A stretch of 64,000 nucleotides of DNA, from the NCBI RefSeq assembly GCF_001194135.2, contig NC_068981.1:40434198-40498197 (forward strand), read 5' to 3'. The stretch is from Octopus bimaculoides (taxonomy: Eukaryota). How positions within the stretch are numbered: the first letter of the stretch is position 1; the number at the start of each line of letters is the position of its first letter. Both the position numbers and the translations under genes were made by a program. This document shows, piece by piece, positions 1 through 13,068 of this stretch. Below the pieces are notes generated by a model, which saw only the letters and a list, made by a program, of their open reading frames with translations, was not told where the DNA came from and ran no database searches.

Positions 1-34
<34 letters not shown>

Positions 35-121
35 GTATGTGTATATATGTATATGTATGTGTATATATGTATATGTATGTGTATATATGTATATGTATGT
101 GTATATATGTATATGTGTGTG

Positions 122-152
<31 letters not shown>
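1..152. repeat. Compound (TA)n/(TATG)n/(TG)n microsatellite
   Basis: Direct reading; explains the spurious YV/YI ORF 27..323. Confidence 0.95.
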
Positions 153-1984
153 AGAAGAAGAGTGATGGTAGTGAATTTGAGGTTTCAGCCTGCTAATATG
201 CCTACTGACTTATCCAAAGACTCCATGTACTCTTATGCATTTGTCCAAAACAATCATCTGGCATCTCTTAAGAACTTGTTCAGTACCCTAAATTTTAGCA
301 GAGTGTGTAGTGGCAGCACCTAAAGGACTAATAGCTATACCTTTATGATGACAGATTTGAACAAACAAGACAGATCAGAAAGGTATTTCCAGTTTCAGCA
401 GAAACTTCAAGGAAGTAAATTCCAGCCTCTTGTTGCTGATTAGACTGCTCTCTTATCTACAGTGTGTTTGAGTTCATTATTATTGACATTGTTATTAATG
501 TGTGAACATTGTATAGTGTTTCTCTCAGAATTTTTGTTGAAAGATTATTGTAGCTAAGTTGAGGGAGGCCATAAGTTTGAGGTTCTCAATGTTAATGAGG
601 GCTGCACAGTAGATTACATCTATGGAGTATATCTGTTGATTTTGATGACGAATTCCTTCTGAGAGTACCACATAGATGAAGAACTTGCTTTAAATAATAT
701 CAGAAACCTCTGCAGATTTGAGGAATCAGTTTGATTGGGGTGTTAACTATTTGTTAACCAGATCAATATGTGGCAAGCCCCCCCCTTTTTTTTTTCAGTA
801 TTAAAAATACATTTCACCTTACCATTTCAAATATTTGGCACTTGGTAATCAAATCCATTATCTTATTCAGTTTTAAGCAGAAAACTCTGCATGCCAACAA
901 ATGTATATTTGCCCTGGGGAGATCACTTCTTGAATTTCTTAGCAATTAGAGTCACAGGTAAAAGTAATGGAGATTCCTGATTGGTCAAAATGACAAATGT
1001 ATGTTATTACTTCCAGTAATCATTCATGCATTTATCAAGGGCTGCTAGTAAAACTTAAATGAAGAAAGCATATCTGACCAAGCTCTCTTCCGGCTACATC
1101 ATTATTGATTGCATCTTGTAAATGCATTTATGTCTACTTTCAGCTATTTTGATGTGTTGTAATGCAGCACAATCTTTCTAGTTTGCATTTTAGCAAGCAT
1201 GTCCACTACAGACTGAGAGAAGAGAGATTAACTTCAATACAGGTGGTTGAATATCTCAAGCCATGAAATTTTGGGCTCAGAAGAGGAGAAAATAAAAAAA
1301 AAAAAGAGAAAAAGAAACAGATAATAACAGAGGGAATATGAGAGATTGGTCAAAGAAAAAGAATGGAAGCAGCAAAAGGCACCGAGAAGTAAAATACAAG
1401 GATTCAGCACTGTAGTAGCAGCAAATATGGGGCAATAAGAAAGAGGGGGAAGAAAATTACTGCTACGACCACCACCACCATCACAAACTCTGTCATGTGT
1501 TGGATATCTATGTATTTACTGGGAAAAGTAACTAGAAGAGTTAAGTGTATATACTGTAGCAAGTGGAATTTTTGACGTTTTTGACAGAAACCTTCTTCAA
1601 GATGGAAATATGAAAAAAGAAAAATTTGAAGATCTTCATTATCAGAGTGACAGACAACAACTAGTAGAGAATGCAAAACAATGTGAGAGCGCAATTGTAA
1701 ACAGGAAGTAGTGTGTGTGTATGAGAGAGAGAGAATGTATGTATGTATGTATGTATGTACGTACGTGTACGTACGTATATATGTGCGCTTGTGCTTGTAT
1801 ATTTATGTATGTATGTATATGTGTAATTTTATATCCATGAGTTTTATATTGATATATATATATATATACAATACATATTTGTGAGTGTATATGTATGTAT
1901 ATAAAATGTCCGCCTTATGTTTATGATATACACGTAAGTTAAATCTGTATAATGTGTATAATGAAAAAATGTACTTGCCTGATA

Positions 1985-2376
1985 GGCGTAGGAGTGGCTG
2001 TGTGGTAAGTAGCTTGCTTACCAACCACATGGTTCCGGGTTCAGTCCCACTGCGTAGCATCTTGGCAAGTGTCTTCTACTATAGCCTCGGGCCGACCAAA
2101 GCCTTGTGAGTGGATTTGGTAGACGGAAACTGAAAGAAGCCCGTCGTATGTGTGTATATGTTTGTGTGTCTGTGTTTGTCCCCCCCCCCCAATATCGCTT
2201 GACAACCGATGCTGGTGTGTTTACGTCCCCGTAGCTTAGCAGTTCGGCAAAAGAGACCGATAGAATAAGTACTTGGCTTCCAAAGAATAAGTCCTGGGGT
2301 CGATTTGCTCGACTAAAGGCGGTGCTCCAGCATGGCCACAGTCAAAAGACTGAAACAAGTAAAAGAGTAAAGAGTA
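1985..2376 (+). mobile_element. Full-length tRNA-headed SINE, family A (GGCGTAGGAGTGGCTGTGTGGTAAG head)
   Basis: A-box-like TGGCTGTGTGG and B-box-like GGTTCAGTCCC; internal (TG)n; 3' AAGAGTAA repeats; homologous copies elsewhere in the window; CpGs intact. Confidence 0.85.
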
Positions 2377-2386
2377 TATATAAAGT

Positions 2387-2420
<34 letters not shown>

Positions 2421-3000
2421 GAGGAACAGACAAATAGGAAGCAGTGTGACCGGAGATAAAGAATACGCACACCACCCGGTGTACATATTCTTTATCTTCG
2501 CCGCAGTGTGTACACATTTTCAAGATGTGTATGCGCACGTGTAGTGTTTGTGTATGTTAAGTGGGTGCGCCATCGTTATTTTCTATAAATTGTATCTAAC
2601 TAACCTGCCTATGTCTTGCAGATAGCTAATTTCCAGCAAATCAGTTGCGCAAGCAGGTCGAATAGAAAACATGTAATAAATAAAACTATTATTACGTAGT
2701 TATCACAGCCCTTTCTTTCTCACACGCACAGTACACACATTGTCGTTTTCCTTTCAGAAAAATTACGTCAGCTTCCTTTGTGTGAAAGTTTTATTTTTTT
2801 GGTTTCTTTTTTAGTTTTATTTTTTATTTCCAATTCTTTAATAAAATGCTGTTTTTTTTTTATTTGTGCGTGTTATGCTTAAAATAGTACAATAGCGAAG
2901 TCAGGATGCAATGAGGAAACACTTGAAAAAGAAAGTGCTTCTCAATTCAAACCTCGTCCAAATCGAAAACGGTTTCCACTGTTTCTTTCATGCCTCTCAC

Positions 3001-3180
3001 CTTCGGAAAAGGAATGAATGCCGCAATTTCCTGTTTCCTTCCTGTGTAAAAATAACTTCACTCTCCTATCTTATATAATATATCACGAGCCAATTGAAAG
3101 CAAATCTTACCCTACTGTCGGCTATCTACCGAAGGATCGCCCTACTGTCTTATATAAAGCATATATTGGACAATGTCACT
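3001..3180. promoter_or_regulatory. Candidate bidirectional core promoter
   Basis: Minus-strand TATATAAG (3070-3077), CCAAT (3090-3094), CCCTACTGTC twice (3110-3119, 3140-3149), plus-strand TATATAAAG (3151-3159), minus-strand donor AAG|GTGAGA at 3001/3000; lies in the CpG-retaining zone. Confidence 0.4.
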
Positions 3181-3894
3181 GAAACGCAAAGAAAGACGAG
3201 ATGGTCACGGATGGAACATCTTCGGTTTGTGGCCTGTTTGACTAGGGCTGCATTGTTGCTAAATAACAATATATAAACCATCATTAACAACAAGCCGGCT
3301 CCGGAGCAACTTTAGATTTTATTTATGTCGCTGATATCCTTGAAAAAATATATAACGTGAACGTCTCAAATTAGTTTTCTAGTTTCCGAAAAGGTAGAAA
3401 CAGAGAAGGGGCAAAGAGATAATAACTAAATAGTTTGCGGGTTTTAACAAGGGGATGAATTATATTTATCAAGGAGCATTTAACAAGACTTAAGAGATGC
3501 TTTATGGTATTGCTTGCTTGAGCGCGTGTGCGTGTTTCACGTCATGCATGAGTTGTGAATCTAGTCATTGTACCTGTATTGTATAGGGATCTATTTTTAA
3601 CATGTATTTTCTGCTAACGATAATATATTATTAACGCAATAAGGGTCAGGAAAATATAAATGTGAGTTGGCAAAGGGACTCCTTAATGATTTTTAGATAC
3701 TGGTTGAAAAAATACCAAATTGATTCATTATTTGTTTAATTATCTATTTACCTAATTTACCAATTTGTCTAATTATCCTAATGATCTATTTACCTAATTT
3801 GGCTTAAAGAGGCTATATTTTATTCGTGAAAGACAACAAAGGGGAAAATTCTGTCGTTCGCGCCGCAAGTCAATATTGATTTTGCAAACTTATG

Positions 3895-4030
3895 GTCAAC
3901 CAGTACTCCAACCGTAACTATCTTCTCTTTTAAGGGATCTAAGATAGTAGCGAAGTTGTACTTATTTGTTTAAGACGTTGAGAAAAGATTTCAGGGAGAG
4001 TTAGCTGCTATTTTTAAGAAGTCAAATAAA
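3895..4030 (-). mobile_element. SINE-like repeat family D, fragment
   Basis: Shares the GGAGA.TTGGCTGCTATTTCTAGCAG-type block with copies at 9.2, 19.6, 23.3, 44.4 and 51.1 kb. Confidence 0.5.
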
Positions 4031-5242
4031 CACCACCACCCCTCACATACAGGCTGCTTTGACTTATGACATACCATGACAGTATCCGAGTAATTGACCT
4101 GAGATTCCCTGTGAGCCTACTCTCAGCTCTACTGGGGATACCTGTCACACAAATATCATTGATGCAGTAGATGTTTTTTTTTTTGTTGTTGTCTTGCTAT
4201 TAACGATCAAATTAAACAGCAAGGCTGAGAAGGAATTTCGTTTTTTTTTTGTATTCGTTTTAATCAATATGAAGCGGTATCATTCGTTTTTCTGTTTTCT
4301 CTCTCTTTTTAAAGGTTTATCTATAATTTTTTTTCTTAGCGTAGAGCTTAATGAGATTATATATAAAAAAAAAAAAAAACAGGGGCTTGCAATGTTTCGT
4401 CCCTTTCGTAAGCGAATTAGCTAGTGAAGAGAAAGAAACTAATGCTACAATGATTAGGAATTCTCAAACCAGATCTTCTTTGTCGTGGTAATTGAATAGA
4501 CGTAAAGACATAAGTGATAGTCCAGCTTATACTGCAAAAATCCGTATGTAAATCATTCTTGCAAGATTCCTTTCAAAGAGACCGATTAAATTCGTGTCAG
4601 CGAGAGATTTGTTGCAGACGCTAGCTCTACTGAACAACCACAAACATTGGTTTCTCTGACTCGTTGCAAATTTGCATACACACGGCTCAACTGCAATGTA
4701 ACATAAGCTGTCATATAACTGTTTCAGTGTTTTTTAGCCAACCAGATTGCTTAGTTTGGGGAACATTTGGTAATTTCTTGAATAATTCTTTGAGTTTCTT
4801 CTGAATTATAAAAGGAGATATTTGATGTTTTCTTTTAGACTCTATTTTCTGCCTGCTGTTTTTATGCTTTTTGGCTTCGTTATGAAGAAATTTTATCTTG
4901 TACCTTTTCTCTCTTACATTTCACTCTCGTTTTCACTAGTTCGATTTGTTAATGTAAAGAACCGTATAGTCACATTCATATTTAGGAATGTAGCTCCCAG
5001 TAACTTGACAGGTTGTCGTTAGAGACTTCAAAAGAACACTTACTCTCTCTGTCTATATCTCCCTCTGACACACACACACACACACACACAGTTACATTCA
5101 CACATGTATTGCGATACACTCAAAGAACACGTTTCAGTAAAAACTTGTGTGTTCTTTCCACTAGTAACTTGTCTTGATTGCTGTTTATTTTTAATGAACA
5201 TACTCGCTAGGTCTGTTGTGATTAATCTGCTATCATTAGAGT

Positions 5243-5406
5243 AGCGAGCTGGCAGAACCGTTAACTGCATCGGACAAAATGCTTAGCGGCATTCTGAGTT
5301 CATTCTTACGTGGTCGATAAAACAAGCACCAGTTGAGCTCTGGGGTTGATATAATTTGACTTCTACCTCCCTTCAAAATTGCAAGCCTTGTACCAAAATT
5401 TGAAAC
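5243..5406 (+). mobile_element. SINE family B (GAGCTGGCAGAA head), internally deleted
   Basis: Head GCGAGCTGGCAGAACCGTTA, core GTCGATAAAA..ACCAGTTGAG..CTGGGG, end CCTTGTACCAAAATTTGAAAC; multiple copies in the window. Confidence 0.75.
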
Positions 5407-7121
5407 AATTATAATTATTAGCGTTAATTAATAATTTTGATATCGGAGTTATTTTTGCTTACGATTTCCATAATTTTATTCAACAACTAATTAACAGCAA
5501 CATTAAACACTAATGATTCAATTTAACCTTGTTCCTCGAAATACCTATGATGGTGGTGCAATTACATACATTTATGGTAATTAAGTTCAGGAACCAGTTT
5601 TGATCTTAATCGAAATTGTATTTTCTCTTTTTGTCATAATCAGGTATATATGTTCAGTTTGAACGTCTGTATGTTGACAACTGTTGGAAAACAGTGGGTG
5701 GCTTACTTCTGAGGGTGAAATAAAGGAGGGATACATGAAGCTGGGAGTTCAGAGAAAACAGGCTGTAGTGATTAGATAGATGCAGGGGCTGTAAGCCAGA
5801 GTTCGTAGTTTGACAGATATGGAGCAATCCTCCAGTGAGAGTCTTTGTAGAAAGTAAATGATCGATACTCTGGCTTTGAAGGGGGAAAACTAGTTTTGTG
5901 GCGTGCCGCTGTAGCTATTATTATTTGTTTAGGATCATAGTAAAGCTTAGCATTTACTGTGACTGATAGTTTTATTCGTCATCCAAGACCAAAGATACCG
6001 AGGTATAAGATTGTTTCCTTTTCCTCGATATGAGCAGTGATTGTGTATTTATGATGTCGAAACCATACAGATATCTCCATTAACCTTCTTGCTAATACAA
6101 ACTTCCTCCATTTTTTAATATAATCATTAAATAACTCCATAAATGTCCATTTGTACTGTTTTCTTTTTTTTTTTGTTTCGTTTTGTTTGCTTTTTTTTTT
6201 CTAACATATCTTTACGTTGAAAAATATTTCGTACATTCTGATTCTTATCTAGGAATCGAATTGGTTAAGATCTCAAGTAAACTTTACCGTTTCATCTATT
6301 TGCCGAGAACATAATGTTTTCAAATGTAGCAGCCTTTGCCCATTGATTTGTCTCGCCTTACCCTCCCCCTTCTCCCCCCCTCTCTCCCCTTTAATTAAGC
6401 ACTCACAAGTTGTTGTTTTTTTTTTGTTTCGCATCTCCAGTAACTTCATTTACTCATTTTAATTATTTTACTGCTTGATCTCACCACGACCCCAACATAA
6501 TTCATTCTTTAAATTTATAAAAGTAAACAAATGTTCGTGTTTGTATGTGATGGGGTGTTCATTTTCATAAAATAAAATAATCTATATTAGGGGGACGTAT
6601 TTCAACTTCTAAAATGCACTAACATAAACAATGTCAATTTCTAACCGCTAACAAGCTCAGATTTAATCGAATGACTAAGAAATGACTGTTATTTGATTTA
6701 CGCCGATAATTTCGGTATGAGAAAATTTTCCTAAAATTATTCAGCTGTGTCTTTTAACACTTTAACATTGCTTCAACGTAGCAGCCTCATTAAGGTGGTT
6801 GGAGATGCTTGAAATAGCGACCAAATAATTTACAATTTTCATTATTAATTTAAATTAGACATACTTTGGTTAATCCTGGATTAAATCTTCTTAGCTCAAC
6901 CCTAGCCGGTGATAAACATCAATTATTTAAGTTTGTTTTGATTCCGAGTCCTGAATGCAAAAACATAATTAAGAATGGTTTAATATTCCCACACATAGAA
7001 ATGGAATTTCTTTTGAGGGCGAGAAAGAAATAATCTATTACGCTCTATTTATTTAACAAAAGCTTGTCTCTCTCGTTACAACCACTAATCGTTATATCAT
7101 ATTTTTTTACTTGTTTTAATT

Positions 7122-7433
7122 CAGGGGTTCTCAACCATTTTTTACTATTTTGTTTTGGTGGACTCCCATAGCCATTCGATGTTTAAAAACTAGTTTTATA
7201 GATACTTTTTTTCAAAATTCCTATTCTGTTTTTCACACATTAACTTTTATAGGCTGAACTATGTAAAATGTTAGAGAAAGAGACCTAGTTGTTTCTTGCC
7301 ATATACACCAATGCATATATTTAAAGCAGAATTTTCTCAGGGGCCCGTAAAATACTATCGTGGATCTCCAACTTACTATTTTGGTTGTGTGAACCCCCAA
7401 GAATCTTATATGGACTCCACTTGAGAACCACAG
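7122..7433. mobile_element. hAT (Charlie-like) MITE
   Basis: Termini CAGGGGTTCTCAA ... TTGAGAACCACAG; degenerate 8-bp TSD TTTTAATT/TTTTAGTC (6/8 match). Confidence 0.7.
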
Positions 7434-7444
7434 TTTTAGTCAGT

Positions 7445-7580
7445 AGACTACTGCCATGTTGGGGCACCGCCTTGAAGAATTTTAGTTAAAGGAATCGATT
7501 CCAGTGCTTATAATATTTTTCTTTAAGTCTGATACTCATTCCGTCGTTACTTTTACCGAACCGCTAAGTTACGGGCGATA
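7445..7580 (-). mobile_element. SINE family A, 3' half
   Basis: Reverse complement matches the TAGCGGTTCGG..AAGGCGGTGC.CCA.CATGG portion of the 1985 copy. Confidence 0.65.
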
Positions 7581-7739
7581 AACTATTGCATATCACATAG
7601 CTGTTCTCCACTGGGAAGTAAATACACTTAAGTTACATTTAAAACCCGCTATTCTTTTCAAAAGCTCCCATAAAACCCAAGATATTTAGTCATGATTTAA
7701 AATTTTAATAGAGTTTTATTATTTAATTTTATAACAGTA

Positions 7740-8320
7740 TTTGGATCTTTTTTAAAACGGGGGCCACATTTTTCATTAATGTTTTACGTAGTGTTTTTGG
7801 TACGGAAAGACTTTCAAACTTCGTATACTTATCTATTTTGTGTTATAGAACAGAAAAATATTTTTGTATTCGAATTTATTTCATGTAAAAAATTGTCTTA
7901 TTTCGATAATTTCAACCAATCACTGACAAGTATTCAGTTGTTTAGATTTACTCCTTTGGCTGATTAAGCGATGTAAAGCGTATTTAATCTCCATACCTTC
8001 GTTTTATTTGCTTTTTTCATTTTAAATTTGCTTTAACCCTAACCCTAACCCTAGGGTTAGGGTTAGAGTTAGGGTTAATTGTTTCAGAATCGTTTGTTTA
8101 TGTAGTCGGCACTTAATGTATATCGGCTGAATGGACGTCAGTGATTGGTTGAAATTAGAGAAATTCGACAACTTTAACATGGAATAATTTATGGATTTCT
8201 ATTTTTTTTAAGAAGACTAAGAGAAAAAGATGTTTTATATGACACATTCTACCAGTGTTCCAAGTTTCAAAGTGTTTCGTTAATGAAAAATGTGGCCCCC
8301 CCGTTTTAAAAAAGATCCCA
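7740..8320. mobile_element. Tc1/mariner-like MITE with about 40-bp TIRs and an internal telomere-type palindrome
   Basis: TIR GGATCTTTTTTAAAACGGGGGCCACATTTTTCATTAA (7743-7779) matches the reverse complement of 8280-8317; TA on both flanks; TAACCC/GGGTTA repeats at 8034-8078. Confidence 0.85.
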
Positions 8321-9169
8321 GTATTTATAATGTTGGGTAAATGATATACCCACCTAATAGACGAAGGTCAGTTTTTTTTATTTTTCTGATTTACGGAAAA
8401 CTTAGACCACCAAATGAGTGTCTTTATAATCAAGTTGGAGCAGGAAGACATGGTACTACAAAAGTATATAAAATGCATTACTTGCACTTAACTTTAGGAA
8501 GTATCCACGTGTACGAATGACAAATTATATGAACAAGCGAGTGTTTACTTAACCCTCACACTTCTACTACCCAATATATATTACACCCATACAGTATTGC
8601 GCTCTTTTACGTCATCTCTTTCACTGTATTTCGCACGCTCTCATTCTGTCTGTGTGTGTGTGTACTGCATATTGCGTACTCTTTCTTTTGTACATCCAAA
8701 AGCATGGATGTATGAATAATATCTATACATGAGAGAAAGATCAACATATATACGTACATAGATGCCCACATATCTATCTATCTAGATAGATAGATAGATA
8801 GTTATAAATTTCTGGTGGTATTTAGTTGAAGCGAACAGTTAGAAGCCCCAGCATATTAGATACGCTCATAATTTCGTATTTTGATGGGTGTGACATTTCA
8901 AAATTCTTCTGCTTCGCCCCCACAAAATGATACGAAATTCATAAAATAATAAAATGGAACAGGATTTAATCTCCACGGAGTCACTCCTATTATACCGGTT
9001 AATTATTATGAGAAGAGGTTCCCCCACCTCTGGTAGGTGGGGTACAAATTATATACCAATAACTAGGTCTATTCGTGATAAATATCTTTGTTTAAGATTC
9101 ACGTTGCCGGGTGACTCAGTGTACTTTCACTACGGGCTTGCGTTTTATAAGAGCTTTCTATTGACTTAA

Positions 9170-9360
9170 TGCTGTTGTTGTTTAGTCCCCGGTCAGCTCT
9201 GCTGAAACATACTCCTAATAAAAAAGAAAAAAAAATCCTGATATTTTCTGTATTTTTCGGTTACAGTCTATCAGCTATGATGTTATTCAATAAATCCATT
9301 TTCAGGACAATATAAGGAGATTTGGCAGCTATTTCTAGCAGATCAGAAGACCACGTAATG
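9170..9360 (-). mobile_element. SINE-like repeat family D
   Basis: TTGTTGTTTAGTCCCCGGTCAGC ... GGAGATTTGGCAGCTATTTCTAGCAGAT, the reverse complement of the (CAA)n-tailed family. Confidence 0.65.
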
Positions 9361-10102
9361 ACTTAACGTTGCCTCTGAGTTAGTGTATGTATATGTTATG
9401 TTTACAGGAGAGAGAATGTGTGCCTGTGAGGAAGAGAGTATTTAAGCTGGATGGGAGACTTCGTTCTTAATGTGCAACATAGAGTGTAAATATATGAATT
9501 ACTACAAATCCCTTTCGTATCACTGAGAAGATTTTTTTCTTCTTTTGAACAGAAAATGCTCCATTTTTTACTATAATCTTCAAACACTTTTCTTAAACTA
9601 GTTCTCAACGATACCACACCCACTCTAGTATTGTAAATAATGATTTTGACTAGGAATGAGAAAGACTGGAAAGAAAGAAGCCGTGATTTTTTTTTCTATA
9701 CCAAGTGCGAATAGTGGAGAAACATGGTGGTCGGAGGGGTGGTTGTGTTATTTATTTTATAGACTGCAGAAGCTAAAGTTAGTGTGTGTGGTTGGTGGAA
9801 TTTAAAATAAAATTATTAGTAATGCAGGAAAAAAATTTTTTTTATCTTTACTGTTAATAATGTTTTGTTGTTATTGATCTATGTAAATCAAATTTAGACA
9901 TGACTTTTTTGATTTCTTCGATATTATCCATATGATAATAGAATTTGATGTGGTCATTTTTGATATACGCTGAGATAGTGAAATAAAGTAGTTGTTGCCG
10001 TTGTCTGTTCTCTGTTGCTGTAAGAAGAGAAAATTACTTCATATCTTATATCTTCTAAATTGATTATCCATAGTCTAGTATGTATATATGTGTGTGTGTG
10101 TA

Positions 10103-10161
<59 letters not shown>

Positions 10162-10830
10162 GTATATACCGTACATATATGTATATATGGTATTAAAAAA
10201 TATGAAATACACGAAGATGAGGTTAAAAAAAGACAGGGTGTACTAAGTTGACGCATATACATACACATACATGCATATATACATACACGCGCACGCACAC
10301 GTGTAACACTGCGTATCGTTTTGGGAAGATTGAAGCATCAACCTGCATATGCCAGAGCACTTATCTGTATAGTAGTCTCTTAACTACGTGACTGAATTTA
10401 ACTATAGAATTTTCAAGTAGTGCAGAGAATTCTTGACAACGTGCTTCAGGTTTGTACGTATGAAGAAAGTAAGAAAATCTTCTACTACAAAGCATTTTTT
10501 TAAAATTACATAATTTAATCTTAGGAGAAACTATGATTCCGACCATTGTCGGCACCCTCCAGATAAATGAATAACGGTGGCTGATAGCCAGCTTTAACAT
10601 CTCAATGTCAGTATCCTCACGAAAAATGTGTGGGGTAGGGAAAGCGAGAAAGAGACTGGGCATCTGCTTTGAATGATTGCTGCTATGTGAACTCTGTCAG
10701 AGGCAGCCAAGGACGTTTTCCTACTAAATATTTGTAAGGGTGATGTTAAACTGGACTGTATATATTAAGTTGACAGAAACTATAGTGCACTGCACAAAAG
10801 GCCTTAAAGTATTTAGTCTGCTTAGATTTA

Positions 10831-11810
10831 GATAACTGTCCTCTGCCAGTCTTCAAGACTCTGTGGAAAGGTTACTGATGCCGGCCTTCCTCGTTTAAAC
10901 CGTGGGAAAAAAAATGGAAAGAACTTATACTTGAATGCCAAAGAATGGTATACACTTTTCTCCTCATCTGAAGTGACCACCTTGTGCAATCTGCACACTT
11001 TGCAGAGTTCGTGTTCTGCCACTGAAGGGGCTAAATTCCTAGATTTCTTATAGTAAGAGGAAATAGAAAGATATATTCCTTGTCTTTGCTACAGTGTTAG
11101 TGGTATGAATGAAGTGAAACTGTTATAATTGGGAATAGAATCAAAAGTGAAGAAGTCACAACACACACATATCGAATATCATCTCTCCCAGATGTGACAA
11201 AATAAGTATCAGCAATTTGCTATGGTCAATTTTATCAAATCCACCCGCCACCTTACTCATAAATAAATGGCATTTTGCTTGTGCAAGAAATCAATATTTG
11301 GATATTTAATGAGGAAGAAGTGATGGTAAGGGTATTGTGTCAGACAAATCATTATGACCTGTTTTTCTTCAGTAAGATCATTTTAAGTCAGTTACTCAAC
11401 TGATGTTACTCAGGAAAAGTATGAATGATGCACCAGTCCATTTTCTCTTCTCTATAACAGTGTCAATACTCAAAGTATTTAATGTGCTGTGCATTGTGAT
11501 GCTTTGACTCTGACTCCATTCCCAGTTAGAACAATTTCACTTCATTCATGCCTCTAACACTGTAACAAAAAGAAAGAATATGACTTTCTATTTCCTCTTG
11601 CTACAAATCTAACAGACTTAGCTCCTTCAGTGGTGGAGCATGAACTCTGCAAAGTGTACAGAGTGGCTATTTTGGATAAGGGGGCAAGCATGCAACGTAC
11701 TTTGACATTCAAGTACAAGTTCTTGTGTTTTTTTTTTATGATTTAGATAAGGAAAGACAGCATCCATAACATTTTCACAAGGTCTCCATGACTGGCAGAG
11801 GACAGTTGCA
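10831..11810. repeat. Long imperfect inverted repeat (arms about 10831-11180 and 11475-11810) of an unclassified dispersed repeat
   Basis: Reverse complement of the left arm aligns by eye with the right arm (CCTTCAGTGG, GAACTCTGCAAAGTG, CATTCAAGTA.AAGTTC, GACTGGCAGAGGACAGTT, CTTTCTATTTCCTCTT, TTTCACTTCATTCAT). Sequence just beyond the right arm (about 11840) has a related piece near 40560-40665 (-). Confidence 0.8.
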
Positions 11811-12854
11811 TTCGAGATCTTGTTATCATTTAACCAGAAACCTGATCTGAATGCTTGTAACAGAGAGAACTCCACTAGATTAAATGGTACTTTGCCGAGA
11901 GATAACAAAAAAAAAAAAAATCAATTAGATTCTTATCACATGCTGTCTAGTGACTGACACCTGTCTATGTTAGATAAAGTGATGCTGTGGCAGAATTCCA
12001 GTATTGTAATAGCTGACCAGAGGTCTGAAGAACTAGAGCTAATATTACTTTTATGACATACACTCTATTTTGAGTTGGAAATTTTTTGTAAGTTCACAAA
12101 GATAATTTACCATAAAATTTCTTACTTTTAATTAATTTAATTTTGATTTAAGATATTTAAGAGAGAAGTCATCTTTAACCTTGCAGAAAAGTTAATCCAG
12201 CAAATGTAGTTACTGTGTTTTGACTTGGTAAAGTAGCAGCTCATCAAATCACAATCTACTGTCTTCAAACATAAAGAACACAATAGTTAATGTGATCTTA
12301 GGATCTTAGACACACCGTGCTTGGTAAAGAAAATATAGGTTGATTATGACTGGAATTGATCTTAAATCATGTTTTATAACATGAATATTTAGGAGCAAAA
12401 GATCACATGGTCTTAGACACATCATATCCAAGGAGTGCAGAAGGCTTAGATTTTTATTGTATCTAGAACAGTCTTCTTGGAGAACTTTCATAGTGTCATT
12501 TTAAATTTTATTAATTCTTTTACTGGTTTCATTGTAGAAATACTGGAACACGACTTTCAATGGTATAATTGATTATATCAATCTCAGTTCACAGGTGCCT
12601 GATTCAGTTACAAGACATGGATAACACAACTTTTCGAAACTGCACTCTACTATTATTTCAAATTCAAATTTTAATTTTGAAATATCAAATTAAAGTATCA
12701 ACTAATTTAAGTGGAACTTAATGTGTGTGTGCGCCTAGAAATTATGCCAAAGCCAACAATGGGGCCTGATACAGTTTTGCTGCTTGATGGACCCTATCAA
12801 GCTATCAAACCCGTGCCAGGATAGAAAATAGGTGTTAAATGGTAATGATAGTAA

Positions 12855-13068
12855 AGGCAATGAACTGGCAGAACCATTAGCATACTGGTAAGAAATACTT
12901 AGCAGCATTTTGTCCATATTTACTTTCCAAGTTCAAATTCCACCAGGGTCGACTTTTCCTTTCATCCTTTCAGGGCTGATAAAATAAGTACCAGTTGAAC
13001 TCTGGGATTGATTCAATCAACTTACCCACTTCCCTCAAACCTGATGGCCTTGTGCCAAAATTTGAAAC
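12855..13068 (+). mobile_element. SINE family B
   Basis: GAACTGGCAGAACCATTAGC head, GTTCAAATTCC B-box-like, GATAAAATAAGTACCAG core, CCTTGTGCCAAAATTTGAAAC end. Confidence 0.8.

Noticed and set aside
4646-4677. Reverse CCAAT plus the TGCAAATTTGCA palindrome overlapping an octamer
   Set aside because: Short motifs with no supporting TATA, snRNA or exon context.
5630-5650. Other AG|GT juxtapositions (5643, about 23697, 40461, 56805, 60132, 63707)
   Set aside because: Weak donor or weak pyrimidine tract compared with 59791; expected by chance.
8034-8078. Interpretation as an ancestral telomere fusion site
   Set aside because: The orientation is opposite to a fusion scar, the tract is short, and it lies inside a TIR element.
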